From the NCBI GenBank assembly GCA_034408725.1, contig JAWXCN010000032.1, positions 13,517-77,516 on the forward strand: a stretch of DNA of 64,000 nucleotides. Direction: 5' to 3'. This DNA comes from Candidatus Hydrogenedentota bacterium. GTDB lineage: Bacteria > Hydrogenedentota > Hydrogenedentia > Hydrogenedentales > SLHB01. A model generated the notes under the pieces. The model had not been told where the DNA came from and made no database searches. It saw nothing but the letters and a program-made list of their open reading frames with translations. Below are positions 61,371 through 64,000 of this stretch, piece after piece. A program made the translations under genes and the position numbers. The first letter of the stretch is position 1. Every line of letters begins with the position of its first letter.

Positions 61371-62059
61371 CGCCCCGGGCTATTCTGTAGAGGCATTCAA
61401 CAATGAACACTACAGACACCCGACCACTTGACGCCCGAGCCATCGCCGATCCCTTGTCCCTCCCGACGCATCTCCGGGAGCAGTTCGAGCGCCTGCGCGC
61501 CGATCGTGGGCCCAATGCGGACAGCGGGACGCCGTCTGTCCGTTGCACGCCCCTCGGCACACCCTGCTCCCGGTTGTGGGATGAGGTTCGGCGCGTGTGC
61601 GATCCTCCATTATGGCCATCCGCACCAATCGACTGAAACGGCACAACCAGAATCACACGCCGACACTTGGCCACCCCCTTGCACCCCAGCACCCAGGCTC
61701 CCTGTCCATTGCTTCAACCTCCGAGTGCTAACCTCAATTCAATCTTCGACTTGCCCGGAATACCGCACGACGCTCATGCTCGTGGCGGGACGCTACACCC
61801 CCCCTTGTATCGTCAAAAAAAGTTTTGTACACCCCCTCAAACCCTCTTGACCTCCGCAATCCGTCGCGCTTCACGCTGCCGTGTACTGCAACAGACTGGG
61901 CGAATGAGTAAAGGCGCATAGCCAATCACGAGCAACGGCTGGTCGCCATTTACATGATTCGCTATTTTCCAGCATAACCCTTGATCGATTACGATTACGC
62001 CCGCGCGCGGGGGTATAACGCGCACACGAAGCGGAAGGTTAGCCAGGGGAAAAGCAAAA

Positions 62060-62818
62060 ATGAATCCTGCGAAAGTTGTCGGCATTATTCCATCACGATT
62101 TGGTTCTTCCCGGTTGCCGGGAAAGCCGTTAAAACCAATTCGAGGTAAACCGATGATCCAGCGCGTTTATGAGCGCGCGAAGCTTGCGCGGCACCTGGCG
62201 CAGGTCACCATCGCTACCGACGATGAGCGCATCGCGCGCGTGGTGGAAGCATTCGGCGGTACATACGTGATGACGTCGCCGGACCATCCGAGCGGCACGG
62301 ATCGCCTCGCGGAGGCCCTTGACCAGATTGACGCGGCTATCGTCGTCAACATTCAGGGGGACCAGCCGTTTCTGGACCCGATGATGATCGAGGAGGCGGT
62401 GCAACCCTTGCTAGACGACCCTGGCCTGAACATGTCTACCCTGATGCACCCCATCGCGCGCGAGGAAGATTTGATCGATCCAGCAGTTGTAAAGGTCGTG
62501 ACAAATTTGAAAGGCGATGCGCTGTATTTCTCGCGGTCACTAATCCCATATCCCCGGCAGGACGCCGGGCAACGGGTTTATGAACACGTGGGCTTGTACG
62601 TGTATCGCGCGGAGTTCCTGCGCAGGATTGCGGCGTTGCCGCCTACACCGCTAGAGTTGACGGAGTCGCTTGAGCAATTGCGTGTGCTCGAGCACGGGTA
62701 TTCGATTCGCGTGATCGAAACCAAGGTGCATGACAACGCGTTCAGCGGTTTCAGCGTGGACACCGAACAGGACCTCATGCGCGCCGAAGAAATGCTGATC
62801 GAGCGGGGAATGGAATAA
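62060..62818 (+). CDS. kdsB: 3-deoxy-manno-octulosonate cytidylyltransferase (CMP-KDO synthetase)
   Basis: VGIIPSRFGSSRLPGKPL, IATDDERI, SGTDRLAEA and NIQGDQPF. Confidence 0.93.
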   Translation: MNPAKVVGIIPSRFGSSRLPGKPLKPIRGKPMIQRVYERAKLARHLAQVTIATDDERIARVVEAFGGTYVMTSPDHPSGTDRLAEALDQIDAAIVVNIQGDQPFLDPMMIEEAVQPLLDDPGLNMSTLMHPIAREEDLIDPAVVKVVTNLKGDALYFSRSLIPYPRQDAGQRVYEHVGLYVYRAEFLRRIAALPPTPLELTESLEQLRVLEHGYSIRVIETKVHDNAFSGFSVDTEQDLMRAEEMLIERGME

Positions 62819-62820
62819 AC

Positions 62821-63999
62821 ATGCCGATAGACAGCGCCGCGCTGGACACGCTGGAAGCTGATCTCGATCACGTTGTACGCGAACGCATCCACCGGACCGC
62901 GGACTTGATTGTTGCCGCGAAAGAGCGCGGGCGCAACGTCGCGGTAATCACGGGGAGCGGCCCGAACATTCACGAAGGGGTCACCACGCTGCTCGCCGAG
63001 TTGATGCGCGTTGGCATCGTGGATGGCATTACGACGAGCAGCGCCGTCATCGCGCACGAGATGGGGGGCACGCTCGATCGGGTGAAGCGTTGCGCGGGCG
63101 AGCCATTGGATATCGATCCAGCTTGGCTCCCGCGCGGTGGGGATTTCGAATTGACGGAACTCGATCCCGCGGCGCTAGCGGAGATCGAGATGCAAATGCC
63201 GATCGACCACGCGCTGATTGAAAGGATCAAGTCTGCGCCCGGTAAAAGCATTATCAAGGCCGCCGGAAATCTTGGCTATCCGATGGGGTTGTGGCTTGAA
63301 AAATTTGCAATCGAGATTCTCGCGTTGGCGCATGTCCACAAAAAATCTTTCGAGGAGATAGCCGGACTTGGCGCGGATGCGCGCACGATGATCGGCATTG
63401 GCGCGCGTGCTCGGAAGCCCGTCATGGTGACGATTCCGCAGCTTGTCGGCGGCGGAATGATCGGACTGTGCATTGGTGACAGTATTTCGCTGGTTGAACG
63501 CGCCACGCGACTTGCACACATGCTCGATGCCGCGGATGTGATCATCGAGTCCGGCGTTGCGCTCACGCAAGAGATTCACGACGGGCCGTTCGAACTCTAT
63601 ACCGGCCACGGCATTTGGTCCGCGTGGCAGGACCATTTTGCGTACACCCTCGAGGGCAAATCCTTGATTCGCATTGATCTCGATCCTGCGTTGGAACAGG
63701 TCTGCGCGATTGAACGCGAAGCTGGAGGGGTGCAGGAAGCGATCACGGACGGGCTACCGAAAACAAAGCTGTTCAAGGTGCCGTTTCGCATGGAAATGTC
63801 CGGCTTCGCGCGGCACGAAGGCAGCATTCCAATCATCGAAGACATCGGGGTCGTATGGCCGCTCATCGCGCGGCGGGTCGCGTACAAGCTCGGTATAGAA
63901 CTGGATTTTATGTCATACCCCCAGCAAACGCGTCCTGGTATGGCGATGCGCGAATGGATTGTCAGCGAGGTCAGGCCGATGAGCCGTTCACGCATGCTG
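62821..63999 (+). CDS. Conserved protein, partial (runs off window end); possibly deoxyhypusine-synthase-like fold
   Basis: It is not in the ORF track because there is no stop in the window. The ATG at 62821 is 3 nt after the kdsB stop, and the frame is open for 393 codons to 63999. VAVITGSGPNIHEGVTTLLAELMRVGIVDGITTSSAVIAHE loosely resembles the DHS family. The functional call is weak. Confidence 0.6.
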   Translation, partial: MPIDSAALDTLEADLDHVVRERIHRTADLIVAAKERGRNVAVITGSGPNIHEGVTTLLAELMRVGIVDGITTSSAVIAHEMGGTLDRVKRCAGEPLDIDPAWLPRGGDFELTELDPAALAEIEMQMPIDHALIERIKSAPGKSIIKAAGNLGYPMGLWLEKFAIEILALAHVHKKSFEEIAGLGADARTMIGIGARARKPVMVTIPQLVGGGMIGLCIGDSISLVERATRLAHMLDAADVIIESGVALTQEIHDGPFELYTGHGIWSAWQDHFAYTLEGKSLIRIDLDPALEQVCAIEREAGGVQEAITDGLPKTKLFKVPFRMEMSGFARHEGSIPIIEDIGVVWPLIARRVAYKLGIELDFMSYPQQTRPGMAMREWIVSEVRPMSRSRML

Positions 64000-64000
64000 A

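Noticed and set aside
61403-61850. ORFs 61403..61636, 61428..61850 and 61348..61692 in the gap upstream of the island operon
   Set aside because: They overlap each other in different frames and are Pro/Arg/Ser-rich with no recognisable domain. They are kept only as a possible gene remnant in the findings.

Overview
This is a roughly 60% GC chromosomal segment from a Gram-negative bacterium. The gene content looks PVC-like or candidate-phylum-like: several DUF1559 (H-X9-DG) pseudopilin-like proteins, DUF1080, a TAT-signal Gfo/Idh/MocA oxidoreductase and a BNR sialidase. This taxonomic call is inference only. Most of the window is ordinary: partial hppA, acpP-fabF-rnc, an ECF sigma/anti-sigma cluster, M23 peptidase plus bactofilin, mnmA, MOSC, HAD hydrolases, GT2 plus DUF2304, nnrE, apt, a sigma-70 factor, tadA, a sugar/polyol catabolic cluster (aldolase, two dehydrogenases, FGGY kinase), a PLP decarboxylase/lyase, a secreted S1 protease, kdsB. 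No rRNA, tRNA or CRISPR array was found. Three things stand out. (1) At 56.5-61.4 kb lies a low-GC (about 43-47% in hand-counted lines) minus-strand operon of three translationally coupled genes. They encode a motif-permuted SPPY DNA methyltransferase, an 832-aa protein-kinase-like::P-loop NTPase fusion, and a 353-aa tandem Rossmann-like protein with no motif I can assign. The operon sits beside a decayed toxin-antitoxin cassette and repeat-bounded DNA. I do not recognise it as any named defence system, and it is my best candidate for an undescribed system. (2) At 21.4-31.8 kb lies a cluster of a stand-alone FAAL, an ACP-KS-AT-KR-ACP-ST-TE type I PKS, an extra TE paralog and an Sfp-type PPTase. 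This is an Ols/CurM-type terminal-olefin synthase cluster. (3) Intergenic DNA carries several repeat families: a ~50-nt double hairpin with a GNRA-capped helix (4 copies), period-6 ACGANN microsatellites (at least 7 loci), phased GGAC arrays, a 42-nt AT-rich block (2 copies), a 26-nt repeat (3 copies) and a ~135-bp hairpin-forming direct repeat. All function calls come from motifs read by eye in the translations. No database search was run.
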